Notes under the pieces: model-generated
Told to the model about the DNA's origin: nothing
The model's database searches: none
What the model saw: only the letters and a program-made list of their open reading frames with translations
Made by a program: the position numbers and the translations under genes
Source of the DNA: Convolutriloba macropyga
Taxonomy: Eukaryota
Direction of reading: 5' to 3'
Assembly: GCF_964194025.1 (NCBI RefSeq)
Contig: NC_134482.1
Coordinates: 43,772,001-43,836,000 of the forward strand
DNA: 64,000 nt
In this document: piece by piece, positions 47,034 through 58,519 of the stretch
How the letters are laid out: each line of letters opens with the position of its first letter
How positions within the stretch are numbered: the stretch's first letter is position 1

Positions 47034-48018
47034 TGTTACTGCCCTTCACAGTTTACCAAATACTCTCATTTTGAGAGCATCACTAAATGTACAAATTTTG
47101 CATTTTTTTGACATTGAGAAATTTTAATTAAAGCCGCCAGTCCACGTGATTGTTTTTGGCACCATATCAAGTTCGTTAAATTGTCGTCTAATTTTGTATT
47201 GAATGCATCACAATGCTCTTTGTTCACGATACTTAAACGACGGGGTTATTCTCGAGACCACATGCATAAACTGAGAATTCAACCTCTGGTTCTAATCTTG
47301 TATATAGTTAAGTATTAAAGAAAGTTAAATGCTAATATGAATTAATAAGTTATGTTAAACAGCATCAAATATGAACCGAGCATTAAGGGATAAAATAGTT
47401 AAAGTTATTAAGATTGAGATAGTACTAGTTAGCACAGGTTGAAATATTCTAAGTTAACTTGTAACCTAGATAGAATTTAAGAGATGTTAATTTATAACTT
47501 AAAGAAGTTAAGCTGAACTTACCTGATTTCCAAAATTGTGCTAAAATAATACTTTCTGACTTAGAAAGTTTTTAGTTAAGAACTTGTCACAAAATAATCT
47601 AAGTTAAAATCTATCTCAAGTAAGCTGAGATTTAAGCAAGGGAGCAAAACGGGAGTATGATTTAAATCAGAAGTTATCGGGGACCAAATTGTGCTGGTCG
47701 TTGAGCGTGCAAGCTCGTTTTATGCTTGCAACCACGTGGTTCTCTAGTATCCTATTGGATAGAGATAGCAGTGTCGACAGAGTTACCAAGGTTAAGTTGG
47801 TGTTCTCAAAGTGGCGTGACAATATCACGTCATGGTATTCTCAGTTTGAGTTAGTGATCTTAAAACAGTAGCTTATTCAAAACTACTTAGTAATTTGTTC
47901 ACACGTTAAAGTGGACTTTGTCCAATTTAGGTTTGTGCTTCACGCACTCAAAGGTATATTCTCAAAATAGCACTAAGATTATCGAATAGTGTTACTGAGT
48001 GTAGCACACTTCAGTACA
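47034..48018 (-). repeat. 3' LTR (~985 bp)
   Basis: Minus strand begins TGTACTGAAG directly after the PPT and ends GCAGTAACA (TG...CA with short terminal inverted repeat). The second LTR is not in the window. Confidence 0.75.
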
Positions 48019-48032
48019 TCCCATCCCGGTCC
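48019..48032 (-). promoter_or_regulatory. Polypurine tract (plus-strand primer)
   Basis: Minus strand GGACCGGGATGGGA abutting TGTA of the LTR. Confidence 0.7.
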
Positions 48033-50827
48033 ATATGTATTAATTCAAAACATCAAGTTTCAATAAATGAATAATTTATTTAGCTTAACTTTATATTAAT
48101 TAAGCATTAAAGGTTTATGAGGTTGATTACTTGGTTGAAGTTCTAAAATTCATCGTAGCTTCTTGTTTCTGAATTTTTTTCTTGAAGAAGGGTTGACGAT
48201 GTCCTGAGATACATATCTGTACAAAATAGTATGTCCAATATTTTTGGTGGTCGTCGTAGTAGACCGTTTGTTGTTTTTCTATAAAAGTTGTACTGTTAAT
48301 ACATCGGAAGCTGAGTATTAAGACAATATAGTTGAAGAACATACTGGTCTATTTAATGGTCTATATTGACAAGCAAGGCAAATGAACAAAGAGACTAAAC
48401 GAAGGCGCACAACACCATAAGGGTTAGTGTTGCTGAAGTAACTCCCCAAATAAAAAATGTGGTGTCGTAATTCATCTTTATTTGAGTACTGCTAATTAAT
48501 GATTCAATTGAAGTGAGCTTTAAAGCTATAGTTTAAAGAATTAATGTTTAGACTTTGTTGATTGTTTTGAATTATCTTCATGAAGTGATTAATATTGCTT
48601 TTTGTCATCAATTCAAAATAAATAACAACATTTTTTATTCTAAGTCTCCAAAGAATAGGATAACTTTGCATTTGAAGTCAGAATAATACAAGACAGAGAT
48701 CTTGTAAAATGTATCGTTAAAACTGATTTGTTTAGATATGTTTATTCATGCAGATTCAACATGTTCAGAAATTTGGCAATAATCTCTAAACCATTCGATA
48801 TCAACGCCTCCTTTAAAATATGTGTTCATTTTGAATGTTGTAGTAATTAAAGTTTTTTGTCAATAGCAATGGGGAGAATAAAGACGAATTAATCTTTGAA
48901 AGGAATTGACGGGAAGGTTCAAATAGTACTAAAACTATAAATGGCTGATGGCGCAAACGAAAATCTGTTAAGGAAATGTTGTAGCATTGTATGTAAAGAG
49001 TTATCGGTCCGCAATTTGGTCATCACAGAAATGTTGAAAAACTAGCATATTAACTGAAATAAGTGAGCGGTCGAAAATTTAGTTTATTTATGTTAAGAAT
49101 TTCTTCTGCATGAATAAGCTTTAGAATTTCAAATAAATCATACTCAGGAATTTGATGAAAATAAACTACAATTTCATTGGAATTTTTATCTTGCAAGAAT
49201 AAGATAATCTCTTGTAACTCAAATTTCCAATGAAATGATAATGGGGTATAGAATTTATTTCCAACTAAGCACGTTTTCAAAGTTTTAATACCTTGTGATT
49301 GAATAAATTCAGCGAGATCACAATTTGTTTTGAAGCAATTAACGTCTACTGAAAGATTGTAAGACATTAAGTAGATTATAAAATTCGATTGAACAACTTC
49401 GTGTTATCTATAAGTTATAAGCAGGAAAAATTGTTGAAGATAAAACAATAGCTTTATTGAAGCGAAATGAGTGATTTGATAATAAGAACTGACTCATTGC
49501 TCACTGTAAATTGCGAGTAAGAGCTTAATCGAAGAATTAATCTAATTGACTAATAATAAAGCGTAAAAACGAATGTGTTTAACGAAAAATTTTTCTCACT
49601 GCTTAGGAAAGTAGAACGAGTAATGAAGGAAGTACTGAACATCAACAACCACAAATTCGTCTATTCCATTCCTTGAATGCTCAACGTGATGAGCGGAGGA
49701 TGTGGAGTTGATGCTTCAGATTTGTTATATCCAGTTGGAGCTCAATAATCCGTTGTTCGATCTGTTGAGAGCGTTGCCTTTCGGTCAGAAAGATTTGCTG
49801 TACCTGATAAGTAAAGGTATCAAGCTGAGGAGTGAGGTTCATTGTGATATTGTCAAATGGGACTTGCATGGTTTGACCTTGTAGAGTGTGATTAATTAGT
49901 CAATAAGATCTCTTGTGTGACAAGTAACCAATGAAATTGAATCTATTGGTATTGAGTTGCAACTGGTAGATTAAAACGGAGTCGTAGTTTGGGTCTCCAC
50001 TAAAACCAGGGGTTTTAGTTTGTATTTCAGCGTGATTTTTTTAGGCGGTCTTGCAGGGGGGTAGTTGTGTTATGAAGAAAGTTTGGTCGTGATGATTGAG
50101 TAGTTGTAGTGTTTGCTAATACGTTGGTTGCTGTACTGTTTGTCTTGGTTATATTTAATTCTAGCGGTGTCGCTCGTTTAAAGGTCTCTCTAATGAATTG
50201 TTTACGTGGTAGTTTCTTTGCAATTGTATCCGCGGTTTTAGTTCTCCTTTTGGATGATGTAACTGTCGTTGATGAATTTGCACTAGTTGCTTTAGTTTGT
50301 ACTGCTGAAATCTTGATAGCTGAGAGAAAAGTTGTAGATGGAATAACGTGAGTTGTGGGTTGTACTAGTCGGTCAAGTTGTTTAACTCCAGATTGGGGTG
50401 TAGAAGTTGATTGTGCCTTGTAAACGGGCCAACCACTTGAAGGTTCCTTCTGAAAGACTGGTATCAATTCGTTAGGGACTGAAAAAAGTTCCTGAAATAT
50501 CAAGTATTCTCTACTCTTATTCTATTTTAAGAGTATTTTTTATGTTATTTTGCAAGTATTTTCTATTTCTTTTTTTTGTATTCTCATTCAAAGTACAACA
50601 AGAGTAAATATGAATTCAGTCTGTATTATATGATCATCATATAGTTTGATGATATTAGAGTGATAGGGGAATTATTCCTATACTGGAGACTTAGGAAGAT
50701 TTCTGTTTTTGTCTCTACTATTCCCATCATTTAGGTTGGGATAACCACTTTTATTTTCTTGGGTTAGAGTTCGCATTCTATTTTTGACTTAAGGTGGGCT
50801 TTGAGTAACACTAGTTGCATTTTCATA

Positions 50828-52951
50828 TTATGGGACCTGCATTGTCCGTTCTCTATTTTCATTAGTGCTATTAGTTGCTGAGTTAGTTGCTTGATAGATA
50901 GAAGTCAGAATTGGGACCGACATTAAATCAAATGAGGCAACAAAGAGTGCTTTAACAAAGTGAATAGATGCATCTGTAATTTTGTTATGTTGCATTGCTC
51001 GAATTAAGCATAAGGCTATGTCGATGAGTAGCTTAATGAATAAGAAAGCAGCAAAGAATATTCCGCATCGCTCAATTATATATTGTATTTTGCGAAAGGT
51101 TTCAACAAAATGATTATTAAAGAAGTCCGGTGAAATAAATGAATCGAGATAAATTGTTCTAGAATTATAATAATTTGTTCCTGAAATATCTGAAAATGAT
51201 TCTCTGTTACCTAAAAATGATTTAGTAAAAAGCTTAAGAACTCCTTTCGTATTGGAGTTGAAATTTTTTGAATTCCAGAAAGCCATCATTTCTTTATATG
51301 TGTAGATAGAAGCCTGAATGCTTGCAGTAATTATATTCGCAATTTGCTGAATGACTATGTGTGGTTTAAAGATTGCAGGTCCTCTTACTTTTGTTATTTG
51401 TGGGGTTAGTTCAATCCATGAATTGTCATCGTCAACATCTAGCTGAAATAACTTTGAACGTTTATCAGAGCACAATTGTTCTTCGGCTTCAGTGAAGGTC
51501 TGTTTAGAAATCGGATCAACGAAATGTATTTCATCTTCATAGAGAATTGGTATTCGGTTATAGCACTTACTAAGAATCTGTAAGGTGAACGAAATCCAGG
51601 ACAATTATATAACCGGGCAAAATTGCCGTTTGTTTAGATAAACATAGTTCTGTTTCTTGCTAAGTTATATCCAGCTAAACGCGGATTTTCATGAGAAATC
51701 ATTAATGTGTTGAGAATAGTTGAGCGTTCTAGTTCACAGTCATTTCTTAATAGCTCTAGAGTAGAATTTTGAGGTTGCCGAAGATTTTTAAAGTGCAAAT
51801 AGTCAATTTTTGCTCCATGATGGGCTTGGAAATCAGTATTTTCATCAATTTGAAAATGCTTTGTATCAACTGTTTTTAAGCGTGATAGCACTGGTATCAG
51901 ATTTTAATTTGAGAATGGGCTCTCCAGTGTTCATATCGAAACCGTCACGAAGACAAATATACAGAGAATCATATGGCCTAGTGTATAATATTTGTGGATG
52001 ACTACATAAAGACTGTGGTTTTTCTAAAAACTTGGAACATAAAGCTTTGTAAATCAAAATCTGACTTAGCTGAGCTAAGTTTAGGAGCCTTTTACTATAT
52101 AGTATTTTTCATTAGCTTTAATCATTTGAGCGTCAAAAGTGCGAATCACAGTGAAAAGACAATTATTGGGTTCATCCCAAGTGTATGCAAATGGATCAGT
52201 AGATGTAGAATCGCAGCTTCCGGTTGATAAAGGACAAGGTAGAGGTATATTTTGTCAGTCATTAACTGTGCCATCTCTAAGGTTTACATTTAGGCTAACA
52301 TTTTGTATATATGATTTATAAGTGTAGTGTGTAATCCAACCTCGGGAGTTACATTCATTGTTTCCAGTTCCAACATCGCCTGAGTTAAAGTTTGAGAACA
52401 AAGATTTGTCAAAATCGATTTCTACTGAACAGGAAGAAGGGGAAAGCTTTATCTTTTTTCTTTCCTTTGCAAGATTGCATTTCTGAGCGTCAAGCTGATC
52501 AGAAGTAGTAATAGTATTATGTCTGGCATCTACGCCGCTTGAGTCAAAAAATGGCAAAACCAACGCAATTGCTATTCGGTTGCTTTACACATAGTTGCTT
52601 CTAACTTTACTTTATAGTTTCTTTGGTAAAGAGTGACTCGTGCTTGACTAGTGCCAATTTTAGCAGGGCGAATTTTGCAGGGTGCTACTTTGTAGAGAGA
52701 ATACATCTTGAGATATTTTTGAGCAGCCAAATTGGAAAACATGAAGGTTAGGAGCAGTTTTTTTCATAAATACGCACCTTCTCAATTGGTATAGCATCAG
52801 TGAGAGTCGTTAAGAGTAATAATGCAAGAAGCGTAACAAAAATCAAATATTTTGCATAGCAAGCATTGATAACAGAGAGAAAATCAAGAGGTATTATAGC
52901 AATCAGTTTAAGAAGCTGAGCAGAACGAACTTGGTTTCTCATGTAGGTCAT
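50828..52951 (-). pseudogene. Envelope glycoprotein, chuvirus-G / herpes gB-like class III fusogen, frameshifted
   Basis: Signal-like YLIFVTLLALLLLTTLTDA; Cys-patterned ectodomain PCKIRPAK..ARVTLYQRNY..EATMCK, GNNECNSRGWI, PLPC, DSTSTDPFAYTWDEPN, CELERSTILNTLMISHENPRLAGY, KCYNRIPILYEDEIHFVDPI; C-terminal TM IERCGIFFAAFLFIKLLIDIALCLI. Confidence 0.75.
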
Positions 52952-55623
52952 AAAATAACCTATTTTTGAAGGGAGAGGTTTCTTATCAGTAGGTTTTTCT
53001 ATAAAGAACTCGTCTATATTCAGTGACAGCGGTGAATGGTCGATGATTTTTTAACTTATTTCCGAAATTGATAGCTTTTCAGGAGGCTCTATTAAGTTAA
53101 GGTATGGACTTTCTTCAGGTAAACAATTATTTCTATTTATGACACATTCGATGAAGTGTGGTTGAGAATCGTTATATTCAAAGAGTATAACCAATCTTGC
53201 AATACGTTGAGCAATTTCAGATTCAATATCAGTTGCAACAGGCGAGAACATAGCTAAACAAAGTAACATGAATAGAATCAATTTGTAACTTACGTTGATT
53301 ACTTCGTCTATTGGTGGTGACTTTTTGATTTCTCCGTCTTCCATTTAATAAACGAAGACAGTTTAAAGTGCGTATAACAAATTCAAGTTAAAATTATCAG
53401 TGAAAGTGATCTGATATTTTAGCTCGTAAACGTGACTGGAATCATAGGCTACCTAAAATATGACAAAATTTGCGTTATTGTCTGATGTTGCAAAAAATGC
53501 AACTATTTTCTGTTGATTAGAAACAAAACACTTGTCAAGTGTTACAGTTTTACTTCCGAATTGCAATGCTTTCTGTAGGAGGAATATTCTAATATAAGAT
53601 AGAGGGTCGTAAACAAGAGCAGTGAGAACTTGTGTTTCAAGGGAAAGTGGTAACATAGATTAAAACTCTACAGTAAAGGGAGCTCCAATGATATCGAGGT
53701 TTATTTGCTCTCTATTGTTCAACTGGAAATGAAAACGTTCAATATGTTCGGGTTTATCAGGGGTCCAACAAACAATTATTTGTAAGTTTGGAAACTGGTC
53801 TTTAAAAAGAAAATTACAATCTTTTCTTTATATGAAATATACGATCGATCAATTCTGACTGACTTGTTATTATATTTCAGGATTTTATGCGGGATGTTGT
53901 AAGTACTGAAAGAAGTTGAGAAAGTTGTTCTTGAAGCCATAATCCAATAATCGTTTAGCGGAATATTCATTGATCGGTTGATGGTTCTAAAGCCAAACAA
54001 GGGACATTCGAAATATCTAAGTCAACTAAACTTGTAGAATGAATTTGGATGAAAAAACTGTTTAGTTGTTGAGGGTTATACTTTCTCCAGAAGACATCAA
54101 AAGGGTCTTTGTTAGAATTAATAGCAAAGAACACTACAGTTCTTACTTCGTTAGAAATTTGAAAACTGGTTAAGGTGTTTAGTGTGAGCACTGTTGTTTG
54201 GAATTCAACAAATTAGAAACTTTCTGAAATGTCATTTTTTTACTATGTTCAACCTGAAGAGTTATATACTCTTTCTGTAGTTGATATCTAGGAAATGAAG
54301 ATTTAGAATTATTACATAAAGACTGTGGTTTATTATAAAATTAGAACATAAAGCTTTGTAAATCAAAATCTGACTGAGCTGAGCTAAGTTTAGGATCCTT
54401 TTACTATATTATTTGTCATTAGTTTTAATCATTTGAGCGTCAAAAGTGCGAATCACAGTGAAAAGACAACTATTGGGTTCATCCCAAGTGTATGCAAATG
54501 GATCAGTAGATGTAGAATCGTAGCCTCCGGTTGATAAACGACAAGGTAGAGGTATATTTTTCCAGTCATTAACTGTGCCATCTCTAAGCTTTACATTTAG
54601 GCTAACATTTTGTATATATGATTCATAAGTGTAGTGTGTAATCCAACCTCGGGAGTTACATTCATTGTTTCCAGTTCTAACATCGCCTGAGTTAAACTTT
54701 GAGAACAAAGATTTGTCAAAACCGATTTCTACTGAACTGGAAGAAGGGGAAAGCTTTATCTTTTTTCTTTGCTTTGCGAGATTGCATTTCTGAGCATCAA
54801 GCGTAACTGAAGTAGTAATAGTATTATGTCTGGCATCTACGCCGCTTGAGTCAAAAAATCGCAAAACCAACGCAATTGCTATTCGGTTGCTTTACACATA
54901 GTTGCTTCTAACTTTACTTTATAGTTTCTTTGGTAAAGAGTGACTCGTGCTTGATTACTGCCAATTTTAGCAGGGCGAATTTTGCAGGGAGCTCCAATGA
55001 TATCGAGGTTTATTTCCTCTCTATTGTTCAACTGAAAATGAAAACGTTTAATATGTTCGGGTTTTTCAGGGGTCCAACAAACAATTATTTCTAAGTTTGC
55101 AAACTGGTATTTAACAAAGAAAATTACAATGTTTTCTTTGTATGAAATATACGATCGATCAATTCTGGATGACTTGTTATTATATTTCAGGATTTTATGC
55201 GGGATGTTGTAAGTACAGAAAGAAGTTGAGAAAGTTGTTCCTGAAGCCATAATCCAATAATCGTTTAGCGGAATATTCATTGATCGGTTGGTGGTTCTAA
55301 AACCAAACAAGGGACATTCGAAATATCTAAGTCAACTAAACTTGTAGAATGAATTTGGATGAATAAACTGTTAAGTTGTTGAGGGTTATATTTTCTCCAA
55401 AAGACATCAATAGGTTCTTTGTTAGAATTAATAGCAAAGAACACTACAGTTCTTACTTCGTTAGAAATTTGAAAACTGGTTAAGGTGTTTAGTGTGAGCA
55501 CTGTTGTTTGGAATTCAACAAATTAGAAACTTTCTGAAATGTCATTTTTTTACTATGTTCAACCTGAAGAGTTATATACTCTTTCTGTAGTTGATATCTG
55601 GGAAGTGAAGATTTAGAATTATT
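52004..55623. repeat. Internal tandem duplication in the env region; second copy has a ~1-kb deletion
   Basis: 52004-52684 matches 54313-54989; 53677-54312 matches 54987-55623; segment 52685-53676 is absent from the second copy. Confidence 0.9.
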
Positions 55624-55890
55624 AGTGAACTAGGATACCTGGTATATGTGTTGTGGAGATTTGTTGAGACAAGTGTTAGTCGGTGGTCACAATTTGGAAT
55701 ATTTGAAAATTTTTCTAACTTTTCTAGGTTATTATTTGAAAGGGGCAAAATGCGAAGATAGAACTTGGGACAGAGAGAAGGAGAGTGAGAGCGAGAGAGA
55801 TAGCAAATTTGATGATTTTTCGGGTGAAGGTAGTTTGTGCATCAATAGTTTGTTTGATACTGAAAGAATTTGCAAAAACTTTGACATCTT

Positions 55891-56280
55891 TCTAGGGCTA
55901 CCTTTTTTTGTCTATAGCCAATCTTAATACATGGGAGAAATTTTGATTTGGTCATTATTTTCTGACACGATATTCAAAAGTGAGCAAACTTGGCAGATCA
56001 ATAGCTGTTATGTAGACACGTTGTTTGAACTAGAAATAAGCGTCAAAAATACTTGAGACTTTCTAGGGCTGCCTTTTTTTTCTATAACCAATCTTAATAC
56101 ATGGGAGACAATTTAATTTGGTCAGTATTTTCTGACACGACATTTAAAATCGAGCAAACTTGGCAGTGCAATAGCTGGTGTGTAGACACGTTGTTGGAAG
56201 GAAAAGTAATTATCAAACTCTTTAGTATATTTATAGTAGATTTCTCCTTCTATACCGTATCTTAATACATGGGGAAAAAT
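55891..56280. repeat. ~171-bp tandem repeat (2 copies plus a partial) in the non-coding spacer upstream of the env-region ORFs
   Basis: TCTAGGGCT..CTTTTTT..TCTATA.CCAATCTTAATACATGGGAGA at 55891 and 56062; partial ATCTTAATACATGGGG near 56260. Confidence 0.85.
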
Positions 56281-57591
56281 CAAAAGATGTTGTTGTTCTA
56301 AGGCTAAACCTTCAGATTTACTAATCGCTTAAATGAATATTGTATGGGCAACTAGTAAATGTATGAGACAGCGAAAAACAAGTTGTTTTCAGTTAAACAC
56401 AATTTATCTTGGTTTTTTCTAAGCAAAAATGATAATTTCACCATTCTTCAAGTCCTTGTTATGAAATTGTGACAACTTTTAGGACGAAAATGAAAACTCT
56501 ACTCTGAACTTATTAATAATTATTATTTTTTATGTCATACGACGAACTTTCACTTATCTATCGCGTATAACGTCTAAAGGGCACCACTTTAAAGATTGGA
56601 AGGTAATGACTTAGAGAAGTTTCGTCTTTTCTTTAAAACTTTTGCTAACTCTCTTTCTTTTTAAAAGTCAGTTTGTTTATCAGGGTATATCTACTAATCA
56701 CAGATTTTACTTTCAAAATCTGAAAGTGTGAACAAAATTGGAATTGTTAATAAAAAGCGCGAAAGAAAATAAATTCAATAAATTGAACTTTTTTGGAATT
56801 TATATTACGGTATTTCTAATTTGTGTGTTGTAAACTTTTGCGAACTATTAGAATAAGCATGCAATTGAGCAATTATGTCGTCTGAGTTGTTGAGTGGATC
56901 AACTCAACAAGGAATAGCTCTTTCTGACAGTTGTGTAAGGTTTGCGCTTGGGTGACATAATTCTTACCTGGGTAATTTAAATTTGCGGTTAGTTATTTGT
57001 TCATAAGTGCTCTAATGTTTATTTTAAACATTGCTTGGGTCCTTAAGCTAGTAAAGTTAGCTATATTTGTTGACTATGTAGATTGCTTAAAGTGTGCGTT
57101 CCTGACAAAATGCGGTTTTACGTGAGTTAAATAGTTTGCAAGGGACAAATTCCTGTACTTAAGGTATTACTCTTAGATAATGTATTTGCTCATGGGGGAC
57201 TAGTTTGTACATAGTTTTGCTTTGGGTAACTTGTGTTTTCAGCGTTACTTTGTAATAAAAGATATGCGTAAATATTAAAAATGTATAACGGTTAAACATG
57301 TATAGAAGTTATATGTGTGTAACAGCTTGCAATATTGATTAATCGTAAACTTTGTGTAAGATTTGTGTTGAGTGGGCTATTTGCTTTTAGCCTTTAAATC
57401 TTGTCCACTACAGTTGATCTCTTTTTGCATAGTAATTTTCAAAGTCTAAATTCCAATTTTGTTCTTCTTAACTTAAACTTCTTCATCTTTCTAATCTTAC
57501 ATTATTCAACTTTCAATTTCAATCTCTTAGTTTTTATTCTATGTTAATTTTCTTAATTTTGTTTATCTTTTCATTTCTTATTTTCTTATCC

Positions 57592-57954
57592 ATGTCTGGT
57601 ATGCATGTATACTTCCTTGAGCCTGACCAGGACATACTGGATCAACTAAACTACGCTGAGGTGAAGCTCAGTCAAAGGGGTATTAATTTAGTTCCGGTTT
57701 CGGATTTTAAAAAGAGTGCGCGAGAGTTCTATTATAAGAGGTATGTCAATCAGGAAATTTGGGGACTCAAAGCTGCGGACTCGAAGTCGGAGGCATGTCA
57801 GCATTTAAAAATTTTCTTGGGGGACGAGGAGATTTGGGCGCTCGACCGAATAAGTGTCATGAGCAAACCGTGGAGGCGGCAAGAGCTAAAAATGGTGTCG
57901 GTAGAGACACTGGCGTTAGTGGACTTCTTGGGCTTGGATGTGAGTATTTGTTAA
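57592..57954 (+). CDS. Antisense ORF inside the Gypsy element, unknown 120-aa protein
   Basis: Open frame MSGMHVYFLEPDQDILDQLNY...FLGLDVSIC in a G-richer block distinct from the flanks; no recognised family. Confidence 0.45.
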   Translation: MSGMHVYFLEPDQDILDQLNYAEVKLSQRGINLVPVSDFKKSAREFYYKRYVNQEIWGLKAADSKSEACQHLKIFLGDEEIWALDRISVMSKPWRRQELKMVSVETLALVDFLGLDVSIC

Positions 57955-58053
57955 TATATTGCTCAGAATAACTGATTTTTGTGATTAGGCATTCAGGGGG
58001 CTCCAAGGAATGAGTTGTGAAAGGTTATAGAGTAGTAGAAAAAAGTAGGGGAA

Positions 58054-58334
58054 ATGTTTGTTAGCCAGAGTGATAAGGAGAGAAATTTTGCGATTTTAGT
58101 TTTTCCAAAAACTCTTTTTGGGAGATGGGAGTGGAATGGGCGTGGAAAGAGCAGGAAACATATGCTAAGCAGTTGTGGGCTCTCCATTTTGGATGGTGGG
58201 ATCTGGAATTTGGTCCCGTGCTCCAAAGGCCATACAAACTGTTGAGGGAGCTCAAGATTCCGGAGTGTGCGATCCTCAAAAGTGACATACTCTGGAGTAC
58301 AGTGTTAAATAATCTACTGAAGGACTTCCTTTAG
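58054..58334 (+). pseudogene. Second antisense ORF, probably frameshifted, Trp-rich
   Basis: MFVSQSDKERNFAILVFPKTLF joined across a T-run to WEMGVEWAWKEQETYAKQLWALHFGWWDLEFGPV...LLKDFL; same composition as 57592-57954. Confidence 0.35.
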
Positions 58335-58519
58335 GAGGAGTACATATAGTTATTGTTTAAACTTTTTTTGCATTCTTTGCGCTGATACTATGGGTTTGCG
58401 CGTTATATATTGATTTTGTGTATATATATATATTTTTATGGTTTGTTATATTTTTATGGTTTTGGTGCGCGTTGACGCTTTATTACAAAAATTATTAATT
58501 AAAGGAGATTTTATATCTC

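Noticed and set aside
54879-55310. 143-aa ORF as a genuine gene
   Set aside because: Chimeric product of the deletion junction at ~54988 joining an alternative frame to env sequence.
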